In this document: positions 1 to 9,998 of the stretch, in pieces
Position numbering within the stretch: the first letter of the stretch is position 1
Layout of the letters: every line of letters begins with the position of its first letter
Source of the DNA: Candidatus Levyibacteriota bacterium
Lineage (GTDB): Bacteria > Patescibacteriota > Microgenomatia > Levybacterales > UBA12049
Assembly (NCBI GenBank): GCA_052034235.1
Contig: JBPOIT010000013.1
Location: 3,257 to 67,256, forward strand
Direction: 5' to 3'
Length of the DNA stretch: 64,000 nt
The notes under the pieces: generated by a model
Told to the model about the DNA's origin: nothing
What the model saw: only the letters and a program-made list of their open reading frames with translations
The model's database searches: none
Made by a program: the position numbers and the translations under genes

Positions 1-495
1 AACAAGACGTGCCGCTACTGATTCATTTGATCCTTCAAAACTCGTCGTGACAAAACCATCAACCCCAAAATTGATATCAGGACTACCATCAGTATTGTAT
101 CTGCCCAATGTCCATACAACTGCACTTCCAGGCTGAGCATAACCACCAACTACAATTTTTCCATCTGGTTGGACTATTAAGCTCCATATCATATCATTGG
201 ACCCAAAATCTTTTATTACTTTCCCTGAGACTCCAAAACTTGTATCGAGTGTGCCATCGTTATTATGTCTTGTAATTACCCAGTCACCATTTACGGAACC
301 AGCGGTTAATATTTTTCCATCTGCTTGAACAGCAAACCCTCTGGCTATCGAATCACCACCAAGTTCGATTAATACTTTTCCATCAGTCCCAAAACTAGTA
401 TCCAAATAAGAAGCATGAGTAGTATGTGGGTTTATGAGAGACAAGGAGAAAACAAATAATGCAGCTAGCAATACGTAAAACTTTTTAGTGAGCAT
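1..495 (-). CDS. Secreted delta-60 repeat (beta-propeller-like) protein, 3' end outside window
   Basis: Not in the ORF track; translated by hand from ATG at 495: MLTKKFYVLLAALFVFSLSLINPHTTHASYLDTSFGTDGKV...AVQADGKILTAG...RHNNDGTLDTSFGVSGKV...VQPDGKIVVGG...RYNTDGSPDINFGVDG. Signal peptide plus repeated QxDGKI...DGxLDxSFG units. Confidence 0.85.
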   Translation of the reverse strand, partial: MLTKKFYVLLAALFVFSLSLINPHTTHASYLDTSFGTDGKVLIELGGDSIARGFAVQADGKILTAGSVNGDWVITRHNNDGTLDTSFGVSGKVIKDFGSNDMIWSLIVQPDGKIVVGGYAQPGSAVVWTLGRYNTDGSPDINFGVDGFVTTSFEGSNESVAARLV

Positions 496-530
496 AGTAA
501 GATATTAGTGAATGCATTTTTTTTTGTCAA
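496..530 (-). promoter_or_regulatory. Sigma70-type promoter, probably leaderless, of the delta-60 gene
   Basis: Minus strand reads TTGACA-17 nt (A8 tract + tgcattcac)-TAATAT-6 nt-ATG. Confidence 0.65.
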
Positions 531-559
531 TATCTCGTATATGATTAGACGATAAAATA

Positions 560-2128
560 TTAATAAATTCCATTTTTCATTTGGAAGATTTTTTGTATTG
601 AGGGTTCGTAGATATCTGATAAAGATGCTGTTGTACCTTGGCATGACTTCTTTAGTGTGTAAATTCTTATTGAATAATTTTGGTCTGGGTTTGGAAAAGT
701 TTTTTCTAGAGTAAAGAAACGCTCCATACCTAAGAGTTGATCGTGTCTCGTCACAAAATATGCAGGATACTTTGAGGTAAGACATTTAAAAGAATCAATT
801 CCAGTAAACATTTTTGAATCTATATGTAGCGGAGCAAGATTGTGAGTTCTTTGTGAATAGACATTTATTGCGCTTTCCGGGTTTCCGATAGTAAAGCCAA
901 AGAGAACCAATGCCACTTCGTTTTTCGAATCTGTTTTCAAAAATTCCATTGCCTCGTAAATTCCATGTCCTGACGTTTGACCCTGAATGTGTGTAGTATC
1001 AGCAAAGTGTGATACTTTTGCGGTTTGTGAAATATATTCTTCCGGATAAAAAATGAGCAGTATTGTAATCACAAACGGAATTATTGCAGAAAATAAGACA
1101 ATAACTTTTTTCCAATAAGTTCCCACCCACAATAGATAAAGAACATAACCAGCTGGAATCACGAGAAACGGCAGGAGTGAAACAATATAACGCAGGCTTT
1201 GTGATTTGCCAGAAATAATTTGCAAAAGCAGCGCTGATAGAAAAAAGATACTGAATGCCAACGAATATTTCAGTTTCTTTTTACTCAGGAGATATAACCC
1301 GACTAAACCTGCTAAAAAAGTGAGAGGGGTTAAAAAGACAAATCCTATTTCAAAAAAACCAAAAAGATTTTTTATCCATGCTTCTATAGGAAAAGTGAGT
1401 AGTTCTCCAAGTGTATAAGCATAACGATTATTAGTGTGAAATGTTTGCCAAAAAAGTGGATTGATAAATAAGAGGAAATCGACACAAAAAAAAGTAAGCG
1501 CAGCAACTGCGTAGGCAGTTACACGATTGATCTTTTTTTCTTTTATAGTGTAACCAAGAATGATCAAGGTAGCTGCAACGACAAAAAGTAAAGCCGAAGA
1601 TTTGATAAAAAATCCTATCCCTAATATTGACCCCAGAAGGATACTATTTTTAACATTTGGTTTGTGAAGGACGTTAATCAATGCAATACATGACCATACA
1701 CCAACAAAGGCAATTCCTGCCTCCAATAGAGCTTGCCTGTTATAAAAAACAAAAAGTGGGGTTATTGCAAAAAGCAATGACGCAATAAGTGCAGCTTCTT
1801 TATTTACGATCTTTATTCCAAGTTTAAATATACCTAGTAGTGTTAGCAAACCAAAAAGGACTGATGTAAACCTTCCTGCATAAAGTGAATCAGGAAAAAT
1901 ACTTGCGAAAAATCCGAAAATCCAAATCATCAAAGGCGGCTTTGCATCAAGAAGTGAATCATATAAATGCCCCGCCATATGCGTATGAGACCACGCCCAA
2001 TCAATATAAATAGATTCATCATTAAAAATCGGAAGTAAATTGAGATTTGCCAAATGAAGCAATAAATACAAAAAACTAATTGAGATGAGTTCTTTATGAA
2101 GGATAATTATTTTATTCCAAAAACTCAT
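560..2128 (-). CDS. GT-C membrane glycosyltransferase (ArnT/PMT-like)
   Basis: Many TM segments; first-loop motif PIFNDESIYIDWA, DAKPPL, GRFTSV, FYNRQALLE. Paralog of 55029-56546. Confidence 0.8.
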   Translation of the reverse strand: MSFWNKIIILHKELISISFLYLLLHLANLNLLPIFNDESIYIDWAWSHTHMAGHLYDSLLDAKPPLMIWIFGFFASIFPDSLYAGRFTSVLFGLLTLLGIFKLGIKIVNKEAALIASLLFAITPLFVFYNRQALLEAGIAFVGVWSCIALINVLHKPNVKNSILLGSILGIGFFIKSSALLFVVAATLIILGYTIKEKKINRVTAYAVAALTFFCVDFLLFINPLFWQTFHTNNRYAYTLGELLTFPIEAWIKNLFGFFEIGFVFLTPLTFLAGLVGLYLLSKKKLKYSLAFSIFFLSALLLQIISGKSQSLRYIVSLLPFLVIPAGYVLYLLWVGTYWKKVIVLFSAIIPFVITILLIFYPEEYISQTAKVSHFADTTHIQGQTSGHGIYEAMEFLKTDSKNEVALVLFGFTIGNPESAINVYSQRTHNLAPLHIDSKMFTGIDSFKCLTSKYPAYFVTRHDQLLGMERFFTLEKTFPNPDQNYSIRIYTLKKSCQGTTASLSDIYEPSIQKIFQMKNGIY

Positions 2129-2144
2129 GCTACTTTCTTATAAT

Positions 2145-3623
2145 TTATTTATTCCGTAGATCAAAAATGATGTATTGGTCGGTTTTTTCTAGGATTTTGT
2201 AGGTTTTGGCAAAAACCATATCGGCTTCTGTTGGGTTGAGAAGGACGAGGTAGCTGGCTCCTTTTTGGACCAGAATTGGCATGTCTGCTTGGAAACTTGG
2301 CCAACCTTTGCGTTTGGTGTGGTACAAAAGAGTCGTATCGCCGGTCATATTGGCAACAACTTTTGCATCTTTAGGAGTTAACCTATCAACTGCAGCACCG
2401 GCAGCGATGATTGAACGATTGTTTATATTGAAATAATCTTTGATTTGTTGCCAGCCAAACCAGAACATACCAACAAGTGCCGCAATAAGGATAATTCTGC
2501 CAGCAGGGAATTTTTTAAATCGTAATGCATAGAGATAATAACTTCCGATTGCAAAACAGATTGAGACACTTGGCATAACAAGAATTTGATAATAATCATG
2601 CTGGACGTTCCCAGTTGCGAAAATGCTGATGTAGAGTAAACTGCTTACGATAAAAGAAAGGAAAAACCACTTTTCTTTCATCTTCCAAAGTTTGAAGACA
2701 CCAAAAGCTAAAATAAGCATACCCGCGTAGCCTGAGATCAGCTTGGTTAAACGCTCATAAAAAAGCCAGCGGAAAAATGATGGTCTAAACCTGATACCAT
2801 TACCATTAAGAAGCCACATATTTGCAGGTACTCCTTCAGGATACTGCGTTATCCATATACGCCAGCCAATAAGTGGAGCGACTGCGATTGCCGCAAAAAA
2901 ATATAATTCCCACACTTTTATAAATCTCCATCCCCACTGTTGAAACACAATAGCAAGCATTGGCAGAACAAAAAACAGAGCATATGGTTTGAGAAGAAAA
3001 GCAGATGATGTGAATACGAGTGCCAAAACAAAAGAGAGATAGGTATTTTTGAGAGATGTTTTTGATTTTTGTTTTTTTCTGTTCACCTTTTCCTCGACCC
3101 ATTTATCAAAAAAATAAATTCCTCCTGTGACAGCAGTCACCATAGTTGTATCTGGCAAAATTGTTCTACCGTAATAAATGTTGTACGGAATAAACATATA
3201 AAAAAACGTTGTCAAAAGTCCAATGGGCTTATTACTATGTTTTGAGACAATCAGATATAAAAAGAGCCCAGTAAGTACCGAGGCAAACATGGAAACAAGT
3301 CTCCCCCACTGCTCAATACTAAATATCCCAAACAATTGATAAAAGCCAGCTTGGAAAAGGTTATAAAGAGGAAATTCGACAAAGCGATATCCTTCCGGAT
3401 TATCTACGCCTGTTTGGATGTTTGAGATATCATCATAACGAGGATGGAGTACATCGTATCCCTGATTTACAAAGTTTCTTGAAACTGCTGAAGTATCAAC
3501 TTGTCTCCAGCTATGCCAATCAGCAATTGGGTTATCAAAACCGTGAAGACGTACAACAAATCCTAAAAGAAGGATACCTGTTAGGATTATCTGGACGGTT
3601 TTTTTATTTTTTAAAGTAATCAT
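2145..3623 (-). CDS. GT-C membrane glycosyltransferase (ArnT/PMT-like)
   Basis: Multi-TM; DWHSWRQVDT, VEFPLY, GRLVS, YYGRTILPD, LLKP, HDYYQ motifs. Confidence 0.8.
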   Translation of the reverse strand: MITLKNKKTVQIILTGILLLGFVVRLHGFDNPIADWHSWRQVDTSAVSRNFVNQGYDVLHPRYDDISNIQTGVDNPEGYRFVEFPLYNLFQAGFYQLFGIFSIEQWGRLVSMFASVLTGLFLYLIVSKHSNKPIGLLTTFFYMFIPYNIYYGRTILPDTTMVTAVTGGIYFFDKWVEEKVNRKKQKSKTSLKNTYLSFVLALVFTSSAFLLKPYALFFVLPMLAIVFQQWGWRFIKVWELYFFAAIAVAPLIGWRIWITQYPEGVPANMWLLNGNGIRFRPSFFRWLFYERLTKLISGYAGMLILAFGVFKLWKMKEKWFFLSFIVSSLLYISIFATGNVQHDYYQILVMPSVSICFAIGSYYLYALRFKKFPAGRIILIAALVGMFWFGWQQIKDYFNINNRSIIAAGAAVDRLTPKDAKVVANMTGDTTLLYHTKRKGWPSFQADMPILVQKGASYLVLLNPTEADMVFAKTYKILEKTDQYIIFDLRNK

Positions 3624-6600
3624 TACTGTCCTTTCATAATCCTACCCTGATCATCAAACATAAATATGACATTTTGGTCAGTTTTTTGTGCAGAGATTTG
3701 AGCTCGTGCATCTTCAATCGTTCCAACATGGTGAACCTGCGGAAGCCGATCACGATAAATAAACCATAGCGCATCATTCAAACCAACTGGGAAGAGCCAG
3801 ACTGAATCATACATATATGGAGCGCCTACAAAATATAAGTTCGTACTATTTGAAAAGCTTTCGTGTTCCAGACGGAAATAAGCTAGTGTTTCTTTGGTAA
3901 TTGAGCTTACTTTGGCCCATTTTTTGCCCATATGCTGATTTTCCTGGTAATAAACAAATGACATGATTGTCACAATAATAATGAGTCCAATGGTTATATA
4001 TTTTTGTTTCATATGCATAAGCACTACTGCTATAAAATTAAGCGCAGCAACAAACATGATGACAAATCCAACAGATGCTAAATAAAGATATCTTGGAGCT
4101 ATATTTCCCAGTCCAAGGAATGGAAGTAAACTAACTGCCGCAAACACCAATCCAAAACACACGAGAACGATTTCGTTATGTTTAAAGACATGAATAAGTT
4201 TTCGTCTAAATGTATAGAGAATAATTCCAACAATTACCATAAGGATCAAAAGTATTGAAGCGGCAAGTAATGAGTCTTCCCTGAGTCCTGAGCGGAGTGA
4301 ATCATACAGAGGAAATGCTGTATTTCCGCCAAAGAATACCAAGAGATAGCCAATGTAGTTTCCTACAAAATTGAACGGCAGATTGAGAAGATTATAACTA
4401 TAATCCCCACCACCACTGAACGCATTGGAGATCGCTCTCATAGCAAAATATGCAGGGACTAAAAGTACAAAAGGCAAATAGTGAAGCATCAGATTTTTCT
4501 TGAGTTTTGGTCTGGTTATGAATAGATCAACCACAACAAGCAGAAGTGGAATAATTACGGCTATTTCATAGGTTAAGAAGGCAAGTATGCTTAAAATAAA
4601 TGCTGTTGTGTAGGAAGGCATTGGATGCTTTCCGTTTCTGAATTTAATAAAGGCAAGTACTACATAGACAATAAACATACTTCCCATCGTTACAGATATC
4701 GTTGAGAACCAGAAAAGATTTTCATGATGAACCGGATGCAGTGCAAAAAGTACTGCAGTAACGAAACTAAGGAATCTCTTTTTAAAGAGTTTTTGTGAAA
4801 GATAATAAACGCCAAGCACGGTTATAAAATGCATAAGAAGCGTGAATAGATGATATCCTTGCGGCTGGAATGAGAAGAGTTGGTAAAGGAAATAAACGAC
4901 TGTTTTATCAAAAGGTCTATAGAAGAAATTATCAGCATTAATAAAGTAACCTGGAATATCTTTCAGTTCTGTCGTTGCTGCCCATTTGAGCCACGTGAAG
5001 TCATCAGCGACAAAAAAGTTACCTATAGATCCTGCGTATGCGGTAAGAATAATGACCAGAAGATAGATGAGTACCATGACTCTGGATGTAAAGAATTGGA
5101 ATAATTCTTGTTTGTAATTAAAGGTTTCCTTTTTATAAAGATATGCACCTCCAACTCCTATACCCAATAACATCCACATAGGTTCAGCTACTTTAGATGC
5201 CTCAAAAACATCGATCAAAATAGCATTTATTAAAAGCCCGACAACCCCTCCAGATAGTCCAAAGAGTAATGCTTTGATAATTGGATCTTTAACCAAAGGC
5301 ACGCTGTTTTTTAAGAAAATGCCTAATATGACAAAGATAAAGAGGAATGATAATAAGCCAACAAGCCCGGTTTCACCAAGTGCCCGAAGATAGTCATTAT
5401 CCGTTGCAAGTGTTAACGTCGAATATCCAGTGCCAAAGACCGGACTGAAAAGAAATGCGTTCCAGTTTCTTGGCCATTCAGCCTGGAAACGAGTTGTAAA
5501 TGAGATATCAAGTGCATATGCTTTTTTGATAAGAAAAGTCCCTGAGATAGATGATATCGCAACTTCATCCATGGTAAGCCTTTTCAATTGTGCATCTGTT
5601 AAAACAGTTGAGAAACCGCTACTTGGTGTCGCAATAGTACTTTTGTCACCTACCATAAAATCACTAGCAGGTGGTACTTCTGAAGCTTTAATTTCTTCAG
5701 CTTCCTTCGTTTTGGCGATAATTTCTTTTAAGTCAGAAGGCAAAGCTTCTTCTGTTGAAACAACCTGTACTTGCTGAATCGTTTTCCCAAAACGCTTAAT
5801 TGTCGCGTCGCTTGATATGGACATGGCGCCTATGCTGATAATCAAAACTGGAATAATCCAACGTTTGCGATTCCAGAAAACAAGCATCGATGTAATACCC
5901 ACAACATATGCTCCAAAAGACGTACGGGAAGAGGTAAAGTTAAGAACATCTAGTGCCAAAATAGCGAGTATAAATAGAAGCGCCTTATACTTAAAACGCT
6001 TTACTGCAAAAAATAATGCAACAAGAATTGGAATGACAAAAACCATGTATGCTGAAAGATCATAGTGCCCTCCAAATGTTGAAGAAACACGCGACGTCTC
6101 TGTTAAACAAAGCGGAATACCTTTTGCAAATTCTTCATTTCCTGTTAAGAATGCCGGAAAACAAAAAGGGTATTTTTCGAAAAAATTAGGGAACATCGCC
6201 CATAAAATCGTGTAGAATCTCTGTCCAAAACCATAAATGACAACACCAAGAACAGTTACACAAAGCGTAATGAGATAAAAATAGACATCCTTAACATGTC
6301 TCACTGTCGCAAATGCGATGAAAAACAGAATCATGTATTCAATTCGCCTTGCGTATTGAAGTCCGGCAACAGTTGGGAAGAAATTTACCAGGTTTGGGGC
6401 AATAAAAAGCAAACAATAAATAAGAGACGCAAGCCCGGCAATCCAGTAGAGAACAATTGCGTATCCTTCTGGTCGAGGTAGTGAAACTTTGCGACGCAGC
6501 AGCTGTACAAACCAAATGATAGCAAGGGTCAGTATGACAAAGTCTTCAAGTCGTATGTAAACCCACGTACGATCGACATGGACACTTGGGAGTTTGGGAT

Positions 6601-6679
6601 AAAGTGCAGTAAAAAGAATTGCAAAAGCAACTCCAAAACGAAGTAAATTATCATCCAAAAACTTCAAGAGTTTTTTCAT
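3623..6679 (-). CDS. O-antigen ligase (Wzy_C/WaaL)-like domain fused to a C-terminal GT-C domain
   Basis: N-half: RVSSTFGGHYDLSAY, TSSRTS, SPVFGTGY..TDNDYLRALGETGLVG. C-half: FFVADDFTWL, FYRP, YHLFTLLMH, LFALHPVHHE, LTYE, RYLY. Confidence 0.75.
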   Translation of the reverse strand: MKKLLKFLDDNLLRFGVAFAILFTALYPKLPSVHVDRTWVYIRLEDFVILTLAIIWFVQLLRRKVSLPRPEGYAIVLYWIAGLASLIYCLLFIAPNLVNFFPTVAGLQYARRIEYMILFFIAFATVRHVKDVYFYLITLCVTVLGVVIYGFGQRFYTILWAMFPNFFEKYPFCFPAFLTGNEEFAKGIPLCLTETSRVSSTFGGHYDLSAYMVFVIPILVALFFAVKRFKYKALLFILAILALDVLNFTSSRTSFGAYVVGITSMLVFWNRKRWIIPVLIISIGAMSISSDATIKRFGKTIQQVQVVSTEEALPSDLKEIIAKTKEAEEIKASEVPPASDFMVGDKSTIATPSSGFSTVLTDAQLKRLTMDEVAISSISGTFLIKKAYALDISFTTRFQAEWPRNWNAFLFSPVFGTGYSTLTLATDNDYLRALGETGLVGLLSFLFIFVILGIFLKNSVPLVKDPIIKALLFGLSGGVVGLLINAILIDVFEASKVAEPMWMLLGIGVGGAYLYKKETFNYKQELFQFFTSRVMVLIYLLVIILTAYAGSIGNFFVADDFTWLKWAATTELKDIPGYFINADNFFYRPFDKTVVYFLYQLFSFQPQGYHLFTLLMHFITVLGVYYLSQKLFKKRFLSFVTAVLFALHPVHHENLFWFSTISVTMGSMFIVYVVLAFIKFRNGKHPMPSYTTAFILSILAFLTYEIAVIIPLLLVVVDLFITRPKLKKNLMLHYLPFVLLVPAYFAMRAISNAFSGGGDYSYNLLNLPFNFVGNYIGYLLVFFGGNTAFPLYDSLRSGLREDSLLAASILLILMVIVGIILYTFRRKLIHVFKHNEIVLVCFGLVFAAVSLLPFLGLGNIAPRYLYLASVGFVIMFVAALNFIAVVLMHMKQKYITIGLIIIVTIMSFVYYQENQHMGKKWAKVSSITKETLAYFRLEHESFSNSTNLYFVGAPYMYDSVWLFPVGLNDALWFIYRDRLPQVHHVGTIEDARAQISAQKTDQNVIFMFDDQGRIMKGQ

Positions 6680-6686
6680 AGCTAGT

Positions 6687-7280
6687 TTAACGGAACCATG
6701 CAGCGCGACCTAAGTGATAATGTAACTCTTTTTCACTTCTCTCGCCTATTACTTTGGCAGGTACTCCACCTACAATTTCAAAAGCTCCAACATCCTTTGT
6801 AACAACTGCACCAGCAGCAACAATTGCACCTTTACCTATAGTTACTCCTGGCAAGATGATTGCTCTCGGACCAACAAAGACGTAGTCTTCTATAATAACA
6901 GATTGTGGTACTGCTTTAAATTCCGGATCGTGAATATCATGCTGGCAATTATAGACCATGACTTCGCTCGCAAAATCTACATGATTGCCAATCTGAAGCT
7001 TGGCTCGTCCATCCAGAACAACGCCTTCACCAATTATCGTATCTTTGCCAATCGTAATATTTGAAGGATTATAAAATCTGGCACCTGTGTGAATTGTTGA
7101 TCCTTCACCAATAATCATCCCTCCTGCTCTATAAAAAAATCTCCTAACATGGTGAAATGGAACATGACCTACAATATGCAAAATAAAAATAAAAAATTCT
7201 AAAAGCACTGTATTGGTACGGTTTTTACCCTTGTTATAAAATTCTCTTGAATTAAGTGTTCTACCTTCTCTATCTTTCAT
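6687..7280 (-). CDS. Hexapeptide-repeat (LbH) sugar O-acetyltransferase
   Basis: IGEGSTI/IGKDTII/IGNHVDF repeats; [37 protein letters not shown]...GGVPAK. Confidence 0.9.
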   Translation of the reverse strand: MKDREGRTLNSREFYNKGKNRTNTVLLEFFIFILHIVGHVPFHHVRRFFYRAGGMIIGEGSTIHTGARFYNPSNITIGKDTIIGEGVVLDGRAKLQIGNHVDFASEVMVYNCQHDIHDPEFKAVPQSVIIEDYVFVGPRAIILPGVTIGKGAIVAAGAVVTKDVGAFEIVGGVPAKVIGERSEKELHYHLGRAAWFR

Positions 7281-7283
7281 ATC

Positions 7284-8420
7284 TTAATGTTTCTTTGCAA
7301 CCTGCTGTAATACTTCAAGTGTTTCCCTTGCAGCTTTATCCCAACTAAATTTTGCTACCTGTTTTTTACCCTTTGCTACTAATTCTTCACGAAGATTTTT
7401 ATCAGTAATAACTTGTGTTATTTTTTGAGTAATATCCTCAACATCTTCAGGGTCTACATATAACGCAGCATCACCGCCTGCTTCAGGCAAACTTGATACG
7501 TTGCTTGTGATAACTGGACATCCTTGTTTCATTGCTTCAAGTACGGGAAGTCCGAAGCCTTCATAAAGGCTTGGCAAAACATAACAAAGCGCATTATTAT
7601 AAAATATTGTGAGTTCATCATCAGTTACATTTTCTAAAAATTTCACAGAACCTTCCACACCATGTTTTTGCGGAGCAGCCAAAATGTCTTCATAAAGCCA
7701 TCCTTTTTTCCCGATAATCACCAATTCCAGATCTTTATTATCTTTGGTTTGTTCGTGATTTTTAATACGAGCAAATGCCTCAATAAGCCTGGAGATATTT
7801 TTACGCGGCTGAAGTGTTCCTACAAAAAGTATAAAATTGCCACTGAGATGATATTTGTCTTGCAGTTGATTCATACCATAAATCCGCGGCTCAAGCGTGG
7901 TAATTTCCTTTATACCAGGATATATCGTCACAACTTTTTCCGCAGATATGTTATATGCTTTGATTATATCATCTTTACTAGAATTACTAATCGTTAACAC
8001 ACGAGCTGCATTTTGGACTGAATATTTTGTCCAACTTTGAAGCTGATAGAGATCAGATTTATTAAATAATTCAGGAAATCGCAAAAAAGACATATCCATA
8101 ACTGAAACAACTGTCGGAATAGGTGAGAAACGAGGTGCATAATGAGTTGGACTAAAAAAGACATCAGGTCTTGGCCTATGAGTATATAAGTCAAGCGGCA
8201 ACCGCCATTGCGTCCATAACTTTCCTGGCCCAAAAACTCTATAATTCCATGTTGTCGTTTCCTTGGGCAAGGTTTGTAATGGTTTGCTCTTTAAATAGAT
8301 TTGATTCGTGATACCTGCACCTTGATTGCGAGAAAACTGCATAAGCAACTGAAATGCATATTCACTTATTCCTACTCGTTTATGTACATTGGCTTCATTG
8401 CCGTCAATTCCAATAATCAT
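7284..8420 (-). CDS. GT4 glycosyltransferase (MtfB/WbaZ-like)
   Basis: IIGIDG start, LFVGTLQPRKN, PSLYEGFGLPVLEAM, FSWDKAA. Confidence 0.92.
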   Translation of the reverse strand: MIIGIDGNEANVHKRVGISEYAFQLLMQFSRNQGAGITNQIYLKSKPLQTLPKETTTWNYRVFGPGKLWTQWRLPLDLYTHRPRPDVFFSPTHYAPRFSPIPTVVSVMDMSFLRFPELFNKSDLYQLQSWTKYSVQNAARVLTISNSSKDDIIKAYNISAEKVVTIYPGIKEITTLEPRIYGMNQLQDKYHLSGNFILFVGTLQPRKNISRLIEAFARIKNHEQTKDNKDLELVIIGKKGWLYEDILAAPQKHGVEGSVKFLENVTDDELTIFYNNALCYVLPSLYEGFGLPVLEAMKQGCPVITSNVSSLPEAGGDAALYVDPEDVEDITQKITQVITDKNLREELVAKGKKQVAKFSWDKAARETLEVLQQVAKKH

Positions 8421-8423
8421 AAT

Positions 8424-8960
8424 TTAAACACCTGGATAAATAACACTCAAGCGCTTCTCATCTATTCCCAGAATCTCGATAGCATCTTTTTTTGTCGCTT
8501 CTGAGATACACAGTATATGGCTCGTTTCTTTTTTTACATGTGCTAATTTTCGCTTTTGGGTTTCAACAATCTTTTGTGCTGTTTCCGCGGGATGCTTATA
8601 TATAATTAAATCATAAAGAATTGTCATTTTTTTGGCTTTTTTTACAGGTGGTTCAGTCCAGTCCGAAGTAATAAAAATATCGACATCGCCTATCAGATTT
8701 TCAATCGGCATTATATGAAGTTTATTCCAAAGCAAATCAAGCACACTAGGTGGAAATCGAAATTTTTTAAACGATACTTTTGCATTCTTCGCTTTAAGTC
8801 TTTCTTCCTGATCTGTAATATCTCTTCGCAAACTCGAAAAAAAGAAAACATAGTCGTTTTCTTTATCTTGATCTACCAGTCCCTCTATAAGCTGTCCAAG
8901 GTAATTTGAGACACCTGTGTGTGAAAAAGCGAGCTGAGAAACATCAATGCCAATCTTCAT
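8424..8960 (-). CDS. Stand-alone N-terminal domain of a GT4 glycosyltransferase (no nucleotide-sugar-binding domain)
   Basis: MKIGIDVSQ..TGVSNY..TILYDL..ILCISEATKKD..VIYPGV then stop, at the GT-B interdomain linker. No EGFG/Ex7E motif. Start set at ATG 8960. Confidence 0.75.
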   Translation of the reverse strand: MKIGIDVSQLAFSHTGVSNYLGQLIEGLVDQDKENDYVFFFSSLRRDITDQEERLKAKNAKVSFKKFRFPPSVLDLLWNKLHIMPIENLIGDVDIFITSDWTEPPVKKAKKMTILYDLIIYKHPAETAQKIVETQKRKLAHVKKETSHILCISEATKKDAIEILGIDEKRLSVIYPGV

Positions 8961-9011
8961 AAAACTAATCAACCACGCGGGGCTTGTATCAATTTTAGCA
9001 TATAGTCGGGC

Positions 9012-9959
9012 TTATTTATCACTCGTATATTTGAGAGGAAATTGATGGGTATAATCACTTTGAGAACGAGTTGTGTGAGAGATATTGATGATGAGATCCG
9101 CAAGAAATCCTGTAAAAAACGATTGTAAGCCACTAATAATAAAGAGTATGCCAATAAAGAGTATCGGTCTCGTACCTACGCGTTCACCATAAGCGTAGTG
9201 AATAAATGTAAGATAGCTTAGGATACCTACACCAATAAAAATAAGGAAAATACCAATAAACCCAAAGAAATGAAGCGGCTTTTTTCCAAATTTGAGAAGA
9301 AAAATGATAGTAAATAAGTCAGGTATATTTTTAAATACCTTTGAAAATCCATATTTTGAATAACCAAATTTTCTCGTATCATGTTCTACGACGACTTCAT
9401 CAACGACAAAGCCTTGTTGATGGAGAAGAAGTGGAATAAAGCGATAAAGACCTCCGTATATATGCAAATTCTGTGCTGCATCTTTTGAAATGAGTTTATA
9501 TCCACAATCAATATCATGAAGTTTCAAACCGAATAATATCCTATTAAGATAGTTAAAAAATTTTGAAATGATAACCATCTTTGATTTGTCTTTTCTGTGC
9601 TTACGCCATCCAACGACAACATCGACGCCTTCCTCATGCTTTTTAAGCAATTTATGAAGCTCCGAGGGTTTATCCTGTAAATCTGCATCCATGGTGACAA
9701 ATACCTCACCCTTTGCAACAGAAAAACCCAGAGCAAGCGCATCAGCCTTGCCGCGATTTTTTTTGAAGGAATAGACGCGAACATGATTGTTCTTGTGTTG
9801 AATCGACTTAAGAACGCTTAACGTGTCATCTGTTGACCCATCATCAACAAAAACAAACTCGTAGTCTTTTGACAACTTGGTAACTTCACGTAATGTCTCT
9901 TCGTAGAAGGTCTTGATACCATCTTCCTCGTTATATGCCGGTACGATAATACTTATCAT
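9012..9959 (-). CDS. GT2 polyprenyl-phosphate glycosyltransferase (ArnC/GtrB-like) with two C-terminal TMs
   Basis: ISIIVPAYNEE, VDDGSTD, NRGKADAL, MDADLQD, DIDCGYK, RKFGYSKY; two C-terminal hydrophobic helices. Confidence 0.9.
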   Translation of the reverse strand: MISIIVPAYNEEDGIKTFYEETLREVTKLSKDYEFVFVDDGSTDDTLSVLKSIQHKNNHVRVYSFKKNRGKADALALGFSVAKGEVFVTMDADLQDKPSELHKLLKKHEEGVDVVVGWRKHRKDKSKMVIISKFFNYLNRILFGLKLHDIDCGYKLISKDAAQNLHIYGGLYRFIPLLLHQQGFVVDEVVVEHDTRKFGYSKYGFSKVFKNIPDLFTIIFLLKFGKKPLHFFGFIGIFLIFIGVGILSYLTFIHYAYGERVGTRPILFIGILFIISGLQSFFTGFLADLIINISHTTRSQSDYTHQFPLKYTSDK

Positions 9960-9998
9960 GGCTACTATTGTACCATTTCCTGCTTTGATAATATAGCT

